A stretch of 64,000 nt of DNA from an uncultured Simplicispira sp. GTDB taxonomy: Bacteria > Pseudomonadota > Gammaproteobacteria > Burkholderiales > Burkholderiaceae_C. Each line of letters begins with the position of its first letter. Position 1 is the stretch's first letter. The notes beneath the pieces are model-generated. The model made no database searches. It was not told where the DNA came from and worked only from the letters and a program-made list of their open reading frames with translations. A program made the position numbers and the translations under genes. The stretch covers positions 63,905 to 127,904 of the forward strand of contig CAYMAC010000005.1 in assembly GCA_964388325.1 (NCBI GenBank). The letters run 5' to 3'. Positions 27,659-36,462 of this stretch are shown piece by piece.

Positions 27659-28560
27659 GAGACAGAAATGCCAGGCACAGCGGCACGCTCTTCTAAGGCG
27701 CGCGCACATGCGGCGGCCAATAGCAGCGCTGCCGAAGAGAAATAAATCCACACTAGCAGCGCCACCAAAGAGCCTGCCGCTCCATAGGCCGACACCACAG
27801 CCGCCCCCGACAAGTAGCTGGCCAGCCCGTGGCGGCCCACGGTAAATAAGCCTGCCCCGAGCAAAGCCCCCCAAGCCAAAAAGCGCAAGCGCGGCTTGGG
27901 GCTGGCACTGATACGCATCAAACCTAAAAATAGCGCGGTGGCAAACAAAAACGATGCTCCCTCGCTCAAAATCAGCAGCGGCAAACGGTACGGAAAATAC
28001 GCCCCTAGCCATGCAGTGGCCAGCGCCAGCGCTGCCGACATCAACAGCGACAGCAGCAGCAAAAAGCCTAGCGCCAACAAATAGGCCAGCCCACGCACAC
28101 GCAGCGCCGCCGTAACCCGCCAGCCACCCCCTAGCGCGGGTGCTTGGCTGTGCCAAATGCGCGCAAAAGAAGCCTGCAACTCGGCAAACACCCCGGTAGC
28201 ACCCCATAGTAGCAGCAACAACGCCACCACCGAAGCCAGCAGCCCTTCGGTTGGTGCTTGGGCACTGGCCAAGGCTTGGCGCACCACTTCGGCGGTGCGT
28301 TCGCTAGTGAAGGTGCGAATTTGTGCCAATAAGTTCAGCTCTACCACTGTGCGGTCTAGCCACCAGCCTAAGCTGGCTACCACCACCACCAACAAGGGAG
28401 CCAGACTTAACATGCCGTAAAACGACATGGCGGCACTCATGCGCGGGCCGTCGGCCTCTAGCCATAGCTGCACTGCACGCACCGGCCACCACGGCAAGGG
28501 CGTGGCGGCGGGGTCGGCCTTGGCTGGTGCCATAGCGGTGTCTGGTAGCGGGGCGGACAT
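27655..28560 (-). CDS. YihY/BrkB family inner-membrane protein
   Basis: 'MSAAMSFYGMLSLAPLLVVVV' is a typical YihY signature, and there are multiple TM helices. ATG 28560 was chosen so that it does not overlap the upstream MFS gene. Confidence 0.75.
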   Translation of the reverse strand: MSAPLPDTAMAPAKADPAATPLPWWPVRAVQLWLEADGPRMSAAMSFYGMLSLAPLLVVVVASLGWWLDRTVVELNLLAQIRTFTSERTAEVVRQALASAQAPTEGLLASVVALLLLLWGATGVFAELQASFARIWHSQAPALGGGWRVTAALRVRGLAYLLALGFLLLLSLLMSAALALATAWLGAYFPYRLPLLILSEGASFLFATALFLGLMRISASPKPRLRFLAWGALLGAGLFTVGRHGLASYLSGAAVVSAYGAAGSLVALLVWIYFSSAALLLAAACARALEERAAVPGISVS

Positions 28561-28583
28561 GGGCGCAATATAGCGCGCTTGGC

Positions 28584-29756
28584 TTACGCCATTTTGCGCT
28601 GGCGTAACGCCAGCCACAGTAAAGCGCCCCCCGTCAGGGCCAGCGGTAACAAAGAACCTACATTCAACCACCACCAGCCTTGCGTAGTCACTAAAGCACC
28701 GGAGGCAAAAGAAGTCAGGGCCATGGTGGCAAACACCGCAAAATTAATACCCGCTTGGGCGCGGTCTTTTTCTTCGGGGCGGTAGGCTTGCAAGGCCAAG
28801 GTGGTGCCGCCGGTAAACAAGAAATTCCAACCCACGCCCAAAAAGAACAAGGCCACGGTAAATTGCGCCACTTCTTGCCCCGACAACGCCACCAGCACGC
28901 ACAGCAAATTGAGCAATACCCCTACCCCCATCACCGGCAACACCCCCCAGCGCTTGATGAGGTGACCGGTAAAAAAGCCGGGGGCAAACATGCCCACTAC
29001 ATGCCATTGCAAGACAAAGGCCGCTTCTTCAAAGGCGTAGCCACACACCTGCATGGCCAGTGGGGTAGCTGCCATCAGCAAGTTCATAACACCATAGCCC
29101 AGTGCAGAGGCCAGTATCGCCACGATAAACGCTGGCTGGCGCAACAGTTCAGCCAGAGGCCGCCCGGCCCCAGTCGTGCTACTGGTGCCAGCAGGGCTGA
29201 TGCGTTCAAACCGAATGGCCGCCATGCAGGCCATAGACAGCAGTGCCACCCCCACCAAAGCCAAATAGGTAGCCACAAACGGCACCTGCAAGCCATCGCG
29301 GCTGTGGTTGGCCAGATAAGGCCCAGCCACCGCACCAATCAAGCCACCCGCCAGCACCAAAGAAACGGCTTTTTCCCGAAAGCTAGGTGCCGCCAACTCC
29401 GCCGCCGCAAAGCGGTATAGCTGGCCGTTGGCGCTGTAATAACCTGCCACCATCGTACCCAAGCACAGCCCCCAAAATTGGCCGCTATGCACCGCCCAAG
29501 CGCACCACAGCGCGCAAACCAGCGCCACGGCCAAGCCTATCTGGAACGACACCTGCCGTCCCCAGCGCCGCTGGCTGCGCGCCACCAGCCCCGTCGATAA
29601 CGCTCCACCCACCACATAGCCCATCACGGGCAGGGTAGCCATCCAGCCATAGGGGGCCAATTGCAGGCCGACCAAGCCGTTGATGGCAATAAAGACCACA
29701 TTGTTGGTCAGGAACAAGCCTTGGCACAGGGCCAACAACCAGAGATTACGGTTCAT
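28584..29756 (-). CDS. MFS transporter
   Basis: A hydrophobic protein of about 12 TM helices with an MFS-like loop 'GLVARSQRRWGRQ' between TM2 and TM3. Confidence 0.8.
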   Translation of the reverse strand: MNRNLWLLALCQGLFLTNNVVFIAINGLVGLQLAPYGWMATLPVMGYVVGGALSTGLVARSQRRWGRQVSFQIGLAVALVCALWCAWAVHSGQFWGLCLGTMVAGYYSANGQLYRFAAAELAAPSFREKAVSLVLAGGLIGAVAGPYLANHSRDGLQVPFVATYLALVGVALLSMACMAAIRFERISPAGTSSTTGAGRPLAELLRQPAFIVAILASALGYGVMNLLMAATPLAMQVCGYAFEEAAFVLQWHVVGMFAPGFFTGHLIKRWGVLPVMGVGVLLNLLCVLVALSGQEVAQFTVALFFLGVGWNFLFTGGTTLALQAYRPEEKDRAQAGINFAVFATMALTSFASGALVTTQGWWWLNVGSLLPLALTGGALLWLALRQRKMA

Positions 29757-29771
29757 GAAAATTTCTTTGTT

Positions 29772-29795
29772 AACTATTTGACTATTTAACTACTT
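29772..29795. repeat. Three tandem 8-bp AT-rich units (AACTATTT / GACTATTT / AACTACTT) in the divergent MFS/RND promoter region
   Basis: Read directly from 29772-29795. This is the most AT-rich spot in its neighbourhood. Confidence 0.6.
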
Positions 29796-29840
29796 ATGCA
29801 AATAATAGCTGCTATTTCTGCCCTGCTTATTGGTTTACCC

Positions 29841-30911
29841 ATGCTGAAAATCCGTCCCCTTGCGCTGTCCTTGACTGTGCTGCTGTCTGGTGGGGTCAGT
29901 GCTGTTTTTGCTGCCAATTTAGCATCGGTACCTGCCCAAGCCGTGAGCAGCACCAGCCGCAGCAGTTTTGACGGCACGGTAGAGGCGGTGCGCCATACAG
30001 CAGTGGCAGCACAGGTACCCGGTGCCGTGGTAGAGCTGGCCGTCAAAGCCGGCGACCGGGTGCAGGCCGGGCAATTGCTGTTGCGCTTAGATGCCCGCAC
30101 GGCCGACCAAAGCGCTGCCGCCGTGCAAGCCCAAGTGCAGGCAGCCCAAGCAGCACTGGATGTAGCCGCGCGCGCCTACCAACGCCAGCAGCAACTGCAC
30201 CAACAAAAATACATCAGCCAAGCCGCTTTAGAGCAGGCCCAAGCGCAGTTCCAGGCCAGCCAAGCCCAATTAACCGCACAAATAGCCCAAGCCGGTGCTG
30301 CCCGCACCCAAACGAGCTTACACACCGTGCACGCCCCTTATGCGGGCCTGATTGCCGAGGTAGCAGTGGTGTTGGGCGATATGGCCATGCCCGGCAAACC
30401 CTTGCTCACCTTGTATGACCCCAGCGCCCTGCGCGTCACAGCTGCTGTGCCGCAATCGGTATTGCAGCCAGAGCTGGCCATGGATGCCGTGCAGGTAGAA
30501 CTGCCTGGTTTGCTGGGCGCGGCCCAATGGCCGCTGCCGCAGCGCGTGCAGGTGTTGCCCACAGCAGATGCCGCCACGCATACCGTACAAATTCGGGCTG
30601 ATTTGCCTGTGGGCCTGCCGGGTGCAGTTCCGGGTCAGTTTGCCCGTCTGTGGTTGCCAGTGGCAAGCCATAGCGCCGCCGATACTGCTGCGCGCATCGG
30701 GACCGTCTCGGTGCCAGTGCAAGCCGTGGTGCGCCGCGCCGAAATGACCGGCGTTTATGTGCAAGCCCAAGGCGGCCAACCGCGCTTGCGCCAAGTGCGT
30801 TTAGGCCGAACTATGGGTAACCACATCGAGGTGTTGAGCGGCCTTGCAGCGGGCGAGAACGTCATCACCAACCCGGCAGCGGCCAGCCGCGCACCGGCAC
30901 CAGCCCCCTAA
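29841..30911 (+). CDS. Efflux RND transporter periplasmic adaptor (HlyD/MFP family)
   Basis: Signal peptide 'MLKIRPLALSLTVLLSGGVSAVFA', a coiled-coil hairpin rich in Q/A, and beta-barrel/lipoyl-like segments. An alternative ATG lies at 29796. Confidence 0.8.
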   Translation: MLKIRPLALSLTVLLSGGVSAVFAANLASVPAQAVSSTSRSSFDGTVEAVRHTAVAAQVPGAVVELAVKAGDRVQAGQLLLRLDARTADQSAAAVQAQVQAAQAALDVAARAYQRQQQLHQQKYISQAALEQAQAQFQASQAQLTAQIAQAGAARTQTSLHTVHAPYAGLIAEVAVVLGDMAMPGKPLLTLYDPSALRVTAAVPQSVLQPELAMDAVQVELPGLLGAAQWPLPQRVQVLPTADAATHTVQIRADLPVGLPGAVPGQFARLWLPVASHSAADTAARIGTVSVPVQAVVRRAEMTGVYVQAQGGQPRLRQVRLGRTMGNHIEVLSGLAAGENVITNPAAASRAPAPAP

Positions 30912-30921
30912 GGCCGCCCGC

Positions 30922-33900
30922 ATGAGCCAGTCCACTGAGCAAATGACCTTGGGCATTTCGGGCCGCATTGCCGGTTTTTTCCAAAGCGCCCATATCACGC
31001 CACTACTGGCCTTGTTGGCTTTCTTGTTGGGCGTGTTTGCCGTACTGGTCACGCCGCGCGAAGAAGAACCCCAAATCAACGTCACGATGGCCAATGTGCT
31101 GGTGCCCTTTCCGGGGGCCAGCGTGCGCGATGTGCAGCAAATGGTAGCCATCCCTGCCGAGCAGGTACTGTCGCAAATCAGCGGCACCGAGCATGTGATG
31201 TCGCTGTCGCGCCCCGGACTGGCCATTTTGACGGTGCAGTTTAAGGTGGGTGTGCCGCGCACCGAGGCGCTGGTGCGCCTGTACGACACCATCCATTCTC
31301 ATGCGGATTGGCTGCCCCAAGGCTTGGGGGTCTTGCCGCCCATCATCAAACCCAAGGGCATTGACGATGTGCCCATCGTCACCCTAACGCTGCACAGCCC
31401 GCGCACCGATAGCGGTGCATTTGATTTAGAGCGCGTGGCCCACAGCATGGAGGCTGACCTCAAGCGTGTGCCCGGCACGCGCGAAGTGAGCACCGTGGGT
31501 GGCCCCGGCCGTGCCGTGTTGGTAGCCTTAGACACAGGCCGCATGGCCAGCAGCGGCGTGACGGTAGATGACCTGCGCCGCGCCCTGCAATCGGCCAACT
31601 GGGGCCTGCCCGTGGGCGAGCTGCTGGGCGGCAACCGGGCCGTGGCTATCGAGTCTGGCCCCTTCTTACGCAGTGCCGACGAGGTGGCCGAACTGGTGGT
31701 GGGCGTGCGCGCTGGCAAGCCGGTGTTTTTGCGCGATGTGGCCAATGTACGCGATGGCCCTTTGCCGCCCAGCCGCTATGTGTGGCACGGCACGGCAGGC
31801 CAAGAGGCCCGCGAATCTCCCGCCGTGACCATCAGCATCACCAAAAAGCCCGGCGAGAACGCCATCGACGTGGCCAACGCCGTATTGGAGCGCGTAGCGG
31901 TGCTGAAAAACACCGTCATTCCGGCAGATGTGGAAATCATCGAAACGCGCAACTATGGTGCCACGGCCAACGACAAGGCGCAAAAGCTGATTCAAAAACT
32001 GCTGTTTGCCACCGCCTCAGTTGTCGCCTTGGTGTTTATCGCGCTGGGCAAACGCGAGGCGGCCATTGTGGGTACCGCCGTGGTGCTAACGCTTACCGTG
32101 ACGCTGTTTGCCTCTTGGGCTTGGGGCTTTACGCTCAACCGGGTATCGTTGTTTGCGCTGATTTTCTCGATTGGTATTTTGGTGGACGATGCCATCGTGG
32201 TGGTAGAAAACATTCACCGCCACCAGCAACTTTACCCCGGCAAAACGCTGGCACAAATCATTCCCGGTGCCGTGGATGAAGTGGGCGGCCCGACCATTTT
32301 GGCCACCCTGACGGTGATTGCCGCACTGCTGCCAATGGCCTTTGTCTCTGGGCTGATGGGGCCGTACATGAGTCCCATCCCCATCAATGCCAGCATGGGC
32401 ATGTTGCTGTCGCTGGCGATTGCCTTTGTGGTTACGCCTTGGCTGGCGCGGCTGTGGATGAAGCCGGTCTCGGTGGCCGATGCGGCGCACCACGCCACGC
32501 ACCCGCATGGTATGGCGGGCAAAATTACCCCGCTGTTTACACGCATTTTTACGCCCCTGCTCGATGAAAAACGCGGTGCGCGCAACCGCACCCTGTTGGG
32601 CTTGGGCGTGGCAGGCTTGATTGCTATCTCGGTGGCGCTGCCAGTGGCTGGGCTGGTGCTGCTCAAGATGCTGCCGTTTGATAACAAGTCCGAGTTTCAG
32701 GTGGTGGTCGATATGCCCGCCGGTACGCCGGTAGAGCAAACCGCCGCTGTGCTGCACGAGCTGGGGGCTTATTTGGCCACCGTGCCCGAAGTAACCCACT
32801 ACCAAGCCTACGCGGGCACCGCTGCGCCCATCAACTTCAATGGGCTGGTGCGCCAGTATTACCTGCGTGCTGGCGGCGAGGTGGGCGATATCCAAGTCAA
32901 TTTGGTCGATAAGCACCAGCGCAAAGACCAAAGCCATGCCATTGCTACCCGTGTGCGCCCCGCATTGCAAAAAATCGGCCAGCGCTTTGGTGCCAACGTC
33001 AAAGTGGTTGAAGTGCCACCCGGCCCACCGGTATTGGCCCCCATCGTGGCAGAAATTTACGGCCCCGAAGAAGCAGGCCGCCGCCAAGTGGCCAAGGCCG
33101 TGCGCGCTGTATTAGAAAAAACCCCCGGCGTAGTTGATGTGGACGATAGCAGCATTGCCCCAGCGCCGCGCACCCTGTTGCTGGTCGATAGGCGCAAAGC
33201 GGCGCTGCTGGGCGTGCCGCAGCAAGCCATTGTGACCACCTTGCGCGCTGGGCTGGCCGGTGAAGCCGCCACCTACCTGCACGACGAAAGCAAATACCCT
33301 GCCGCTGCCGTATTGCAACTGCCCGCCGAGCAGCATGGCGATTTGAGCGCCCTGCTGCAACTGACGGTACGCAGTGCCTCGGGGGCTTTGGTGCCGATTC
33401 GTGAATTGGTCACGGTGAGCGACACCCTGCGCGAGCAACCCATTTATCACAAAGACTTGCTGCCCGTGAATTTTGTGGTGGCCGATATGGCGGGCAAGAT
33501 TGATAGCCCGCTCTATGGCATGTTTGCCATGCGCGCCGAGATTGCCAAGCTGCCCATGCCCGATGGCGGCCCGCTGGCTGAATACTTTATCCACCAGCCC
33601 CAAGACGCTTGGCGCGGCTATGCCCTCAAGTGGGATGGCGAGTGGCAAATTACCTACGAAACCTTCCGCGACATGGGTGCAGCCTATGGCGTGGGCCTGA
33701 TTTTGATTTACCTGCTGGTGGTGGCGCAGTTTGGCTCTTACCTCACGCCGCTCATCATCATGGCACCGATTCCACTCACCATTATTGGGGTCATGCCCGG
33801 CCATGCACTGCTGGGGGCGCAATACACCGCCACCAGCATGATTGGCATGATTGCGCTGGCCGGCATCATCGTGCGTAACTCCATCTTGCTGGTGGACTTT

Positions 33901-34164
33901 ATCAACCTGCAAGTGCGTAGCGGCGTGCCGTTTGAGCAGGCCATTGTGCAATCGGCCATCACCCGTGCCCAACCCATTGTGCTGACCGGGCTGGCGGCCA
34001 TGCTGGGTGCATTCTTTATTCTGGACGACCCGATTTTTAACGGCCTGGCCATCTCCTTGATTTTTGGCATTGCCGTCTCTACCGTGTTGACGCTGGTGGT
34101 CATTCCTGTTTTGTACTATGTGGCTTATCGCCACCGGCTGCAGGCACTGCGCCCAGCCCCCTGA
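30922..34164 (+). CDS. Efflux RND transporter permease (AcrB/AcrD/AcrF superfamily)
   Basis: About 1,080 aa with 12 TM helices and two large periplasmic loops; 'DDAIVVVENI' and 'ILLVDFIN' motifs. ATG at 30922, 11 nt after the adaptor stop. Confidence 0.9.
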   Translation: MSQSTEQMTLGISGRIAGFFQSAHITPLLALLAFLLGVFAVLVTPREEEPQINVTMANVLVPFPGASVRDVQQMVAIPAEQVLSQISGTEHVMSLSRPGLAILTVQFKVGVPRTEALVRLYDTIHSHADWLPQGLGVLPPIIKPKGIDDVPIVTLTLHSPRTDSGAFDLERVAHSMEADLKRVPGTREVSTVGGPGRAVLVALDTGRMASSGVTVDDLRRALQSANWGLPVGELLGGNRAVAIESGPFLRSADEVAELVVGVRAGKPVFLRDVANVRDGPLPPSRYVWHGTAGQEARESPAVTISITKKPGENAIDVANAVLERVAVLKNTVIPADVEIIETRNYGATANDKAQKLIQKLLFATASVVALVFIALGKREAAIVGTAVVLTLTVTLFASWAWGFTLNRVSLFALIFSIGILVDDAIVVVENIHRHQQLYPGKTLAQIIPGAVDEVGGPTILATLTVIAALLPMAFVSGLMGPYMSPIPINASMGMLLSLAIAFVVTPWLARLWMKPVSVADAAHHATHPHGMAGKITPLFTRIFTPLLDEKRGARNRTLLGLGVAGLIAISVALPVAGLVLLKMLPFDNKSEFQVVVDMPAGTPVEQTAAVLHELGAYLATVPEVTHYQAYAGTAAPINFNGLVRQYYLRAGGEVGDIQVNLVDKHQRKDQSHAIATRVRPALQKIGQRFGANVKVVEVPPGPPVLAPIVAEIYGPEEAGRRQVAKAVRAVLEKTPGVVDVDDSSIAPAPRTLLLVDRRKAALLGVPQQAIVTTLRAGLAGEAATYLHDESKYPAAAVLQLPAEQHGDLSALLQLTVRSASGALVPIRELVTVSDTLREQPIYHKDLLPVNFVVADMAGKIDSPLYGMFAMRAEIAKLPMPDGGPLAEYFIHQPQDAWRGYALKWDGEWQITYETFRDMGAAYGVGLILIYLLVVAQFGSYLTPLIIMAPIPLTIIGVMPGHALLGAQYTATSMIGMIALAGIIVRNSILLVDFINLQVRSGVPFEQAIVQSAITRAQPIVLTGLAAMLGAFFILDDPIFNGLAISLIFGIAVSTVLTLVVIPVLYYVAYRHRLQALRPAP

Positions 34165-34196
34165 ACCTGTTTTTTCACCCCCTGGAGTTTGAGAGT

Positions 34197-34550
34197 ATGA
34201 GCACTTCTTACCATGACCTGACCCGTGATATTTCCGCCGAATTAGGCAAACTGCGTGGCGAAATGCCCGACACCCTGCAAGCTTTCCATGCGCTGGGCAA
34301 AGCAGCTTCTGCCGAGGGCGCACTGGACAAAAAAACCAAAGAGCTGATTGCCGTGGCGTTGTCGGTGGCTGCGCGCTGCGACCCTTGCGTTGGCTTTCAC
34401 TTGCAGGCGCTGGTCAAGCTGGGTGCCACCCGTGCCGAGCTGGCCGATGTGCTGGCGATGGCTGTCTATATGGGCGGCGGCCCGTCGCTGATGTATGCCG
34501 CCAAGGCTTCGGCAGCTTTTGATGAATTTAGCGCTGCCGCAGCAGCCTAA
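34197..34550 (+). CDS. Carboxymuconolactone decarboxylase / AhpD-like family protein (CxxC)
   Basis: 'AARCDPCVGFH' is the AhpD-core CxxC-x2-H motif. GGAG RBS. Confidence 0.8.
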   Translation: MSTSYHDLTRDISAELGKLRGEMPDTLQAFHALGKAASAEGALDKKTKELIAVALSVAARCDPCVGFHLQALVKLGATRAELADVLAMAVYMGGGPSLMYAAKASAAFDEFSAAAAA

Positions 34551-34576
34551 TCTGCCCTTGCCGCAGTCTGTGCTGC

Positions 34577-34592
34577 TGGCTATTTTTCCGCA
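34577..34592 (+). promoter_or_regulatory. Weak candidate sigma54 (-24/-12) promoter upstream of the sqr-like gene
   Basis: TGGCTATTTTTCCGCA has GG and GC at the exact consensus spacing of TGGCAC-N5-TTGCW, but the TT before the -12 GC is CC. It lies about 120 nt upstream of ATG 34714. Confidence 0.25.
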
Positions 34593-34713
34593 CTGGGCGG
34601 ATACTGGGGTGCAGCGTAGCTGCTGGTATCTGAAGCAACCTGCATATTCAAAAAAATGGGCGGCCCTGTGCAGGTGAAGGTTAGTGGGTGGCCCCCTTAC
34701 TGGAGACAAAAAC

Positions 34714-36057
34714 ATGCAGCACCACATCCCCTCTTCTGCTGTCGTTCCTGTGCCCTCGCGGCGCCGCTGGTTGGCAGGCACCGCCAGTGCGGGTGCTGCC
34801 CTGACTTTGGGGCTAGGCCATAACACGGCTGCACAGGCCAAGCAAAGCACCAAAGCCCATATCGTGATTGCGGGCAGTGGTCTAGGTGGGCTGGCCTTGG
34901 CCCATCGCTTATTAGACTTGCTCGACGGTGCCCAAATCACCATCATTGATGCCAAAGAGGCACACAACTACCAGCCCGGTTACACCTTAGTGGCCAGTGG
35001 GGTCTGGCCGGTGAGCAAAGTCATAGACCGCAATGCCGACTTCATGCCCGCTGGCGTGCGTTGGATAAAAGAAATGGTGGCCGAATTTGACCCGGCAGCG
35101 CAAACCGTAGTTACCAGCGGCGGCCAGCGTGTGCGCTACGACTATCTGGTGGTGGCCGTAGGCACACACCAAGACTGGCAACAAATTGAGGGCATGGATG
35201 TGCGCGCCATCGGCCAAAACGGCCTGACCAGCGTCTATCCCAGCCCCGAGGCTGCTGCAGCCACTTGGGCGGCGATGGACACCTTCCGCCAAAAGGGCGG
35301 ACAGGCCGTCATGACGCTGCCCAGCACGCCGCTTAAATGCGCCGGTGCGCCGCTCAAAATGACCTTCATGTTGCGCGACCGGCTGGCCCAAGCAGGCACC
35401 CTGCCTCAATCGCAGGTCACGTTCTATTCTGCTTTGGGCAATATCTTTGGTGTCAAAACTGTCAATGACAACGTATTAGAGCGCTGGCAGGCGCTGGGCG
35501 TGAACGTGCAGTTCACGCAAAAGCTCAAGGCCATCGACATTGGCGCACGCCGTGCCACCTTCGTCAACCCAGAGGGTGCGGCCACCGAGGTGCCCTACGA
35601 CTTCATCCACGTCGTGCCGCCCATGCGCGCCCCCGATGCGGTCAAAAATTCGGATTTGGCTTGGAAAGAAGGCCCGATGGCTGCGGGCGGCTGGTTAGAG
35701 GTGGACAAAGACACCTTGCAGCACCGGCGCTACAAAAACGTGTTTGGCTTGGGCGACATCAACGGCACTCCACGCGGCAAAACAGCCGCCACCGTGAAAA
35801 AAAGCGCTCCCATCGTCGCCCAACATTTGGTGCAAGTCATAGCGGGCCAAAGCCCCAGCCAGAAGTTTGATGGCTACACCTCTTGCCCCATGATTGTGCG
35901 CGAAGGCTCGGCCATGCTCATTGAGTTTGATTACGAAGGGCGCTTAGTGCCCTCACTGCCCATGATTGAGCCACTGCAAGAAAGCTACTTTGCTTGGCTG
36001 ATGAAGGTGCGGATGCTCAAGCCCGCCTATCTGGCGGTACTCAAAGGTCGCGTTTAA
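34714..36057 (+). CDS. sqr: Type II sulfide:quinone oxidoreductase-like flavoprotein with a twin-arginine signal
   Basis: FAD fold 'IVIAGSGLGGLALA'; type II SQR hallmarks 'YQPGYTLVASG', 'PLKCAGAPLK', 'DGYTSCPMIV...IEFDY'. N-terminal 'SRRRWLAGTASAGAALTLGLG...AAQA'. GGAGA RBS. Confidence 0.8.
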   Translation: MQHHIPSSAVVPVPSRRRWLAGTASAGAALTLGLGHNTAAQAKQSTKAHIVIAGSGLGGLALAHRLLDLLDGAQITIIDAKEAHNYQPGYTLVASGVWPVSKVIDRNADFMPAGVRWIKEMVAEFDPAAQTVVTSGGQRVRYDYLVVAVGTHQDWQQIEGMDVRAIGQNGLTSVYPSPEAAAATWAAMDTFRQKGGQAVMTLPSTPLKCAGAPLKMTFMLRDRLAQAGTLPQSQVTFYSALGNIFGVKTVNDNVLERWQALGVNVQFTQKLKAIDIGARRATFVNPEGAATEVPYDFIHVVPPMRAPDAVKNSDLAWKEGPMAAGGWLEVDKDTLQHRRYKNVFGLGDINGTPRGKTAATVKKSAPIVAQHLVQVIAGQSPSQKFDGYTSCPMIVREGSAMLIEFDYEGRLVPSLPMIEPLQESYFAWLMKVRMLKPAYLAVLKGRV

Positions 36058-36079
36058 CCCCCAGCACAGGAGCAAAACC

Positions 36080-36424
36080 ATGTACGAAATTTGGCTGGTG
36101 ATGAACATTGTTTACGAAATCGCCCTCAGCATTTGGCCAGTGGTGGCATTGGCGCTGGCGGTTTGGTTGGTGCTACTGGTATTGGCACGCCAGCGCGTGG
36201 GCTGGCGGCAAGTGCCGCTGGCGTTGGCTGTCGGGGCTGCGGTGGCGGTGTTGCTGTTTTTGCTGGTGCCTAGCCTGACGCAATCGTCTTTGTCCAATAT
36301 GGGCTATTGGGTAGATTGGGCCAATTTGTTGGCGATAGCATTGGGCTTGGGGGCGTTGGCAGCGGTGTTTGCATGGCCGCTGCTGGCGCTGCTGCGCCAG
36401 CCCGGCACCACAGGAAAACCCTGA
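36080..36424 (+). CDS. Small integral membrane protein (about 3 TM helices), unknown function
   Basis: AGGAG RBS 8 nt upstream, 22 nt after the sqr-like stop, with a strongly hydrophobic helical pattern. Confidence 0.55.
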   Translation: MYEIWLVMNIVYEIALSIWPVVALALAVWLVLLVLARQRVGWRQVPLALAVGAAVAVLLFLLVPSLTQSSLSNMGYWVDWANLLAIALGLGALAAVFAWPLLALLRQPGTTGKP

Positions 36425-36462
36425 TAGCCCCTGCAAGCCTTTTGCAAGCCCCACCGGGTTGA

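Noticed and set aside
33112-34323. 403-aa minus-strand ORF spanning the end of the RND permease and the start of the AhpD-like gene
   Set aside because: Antisense to two genes with clear family motifs, with H/G/Q/R-rich low-complexity translation and no RBS context.
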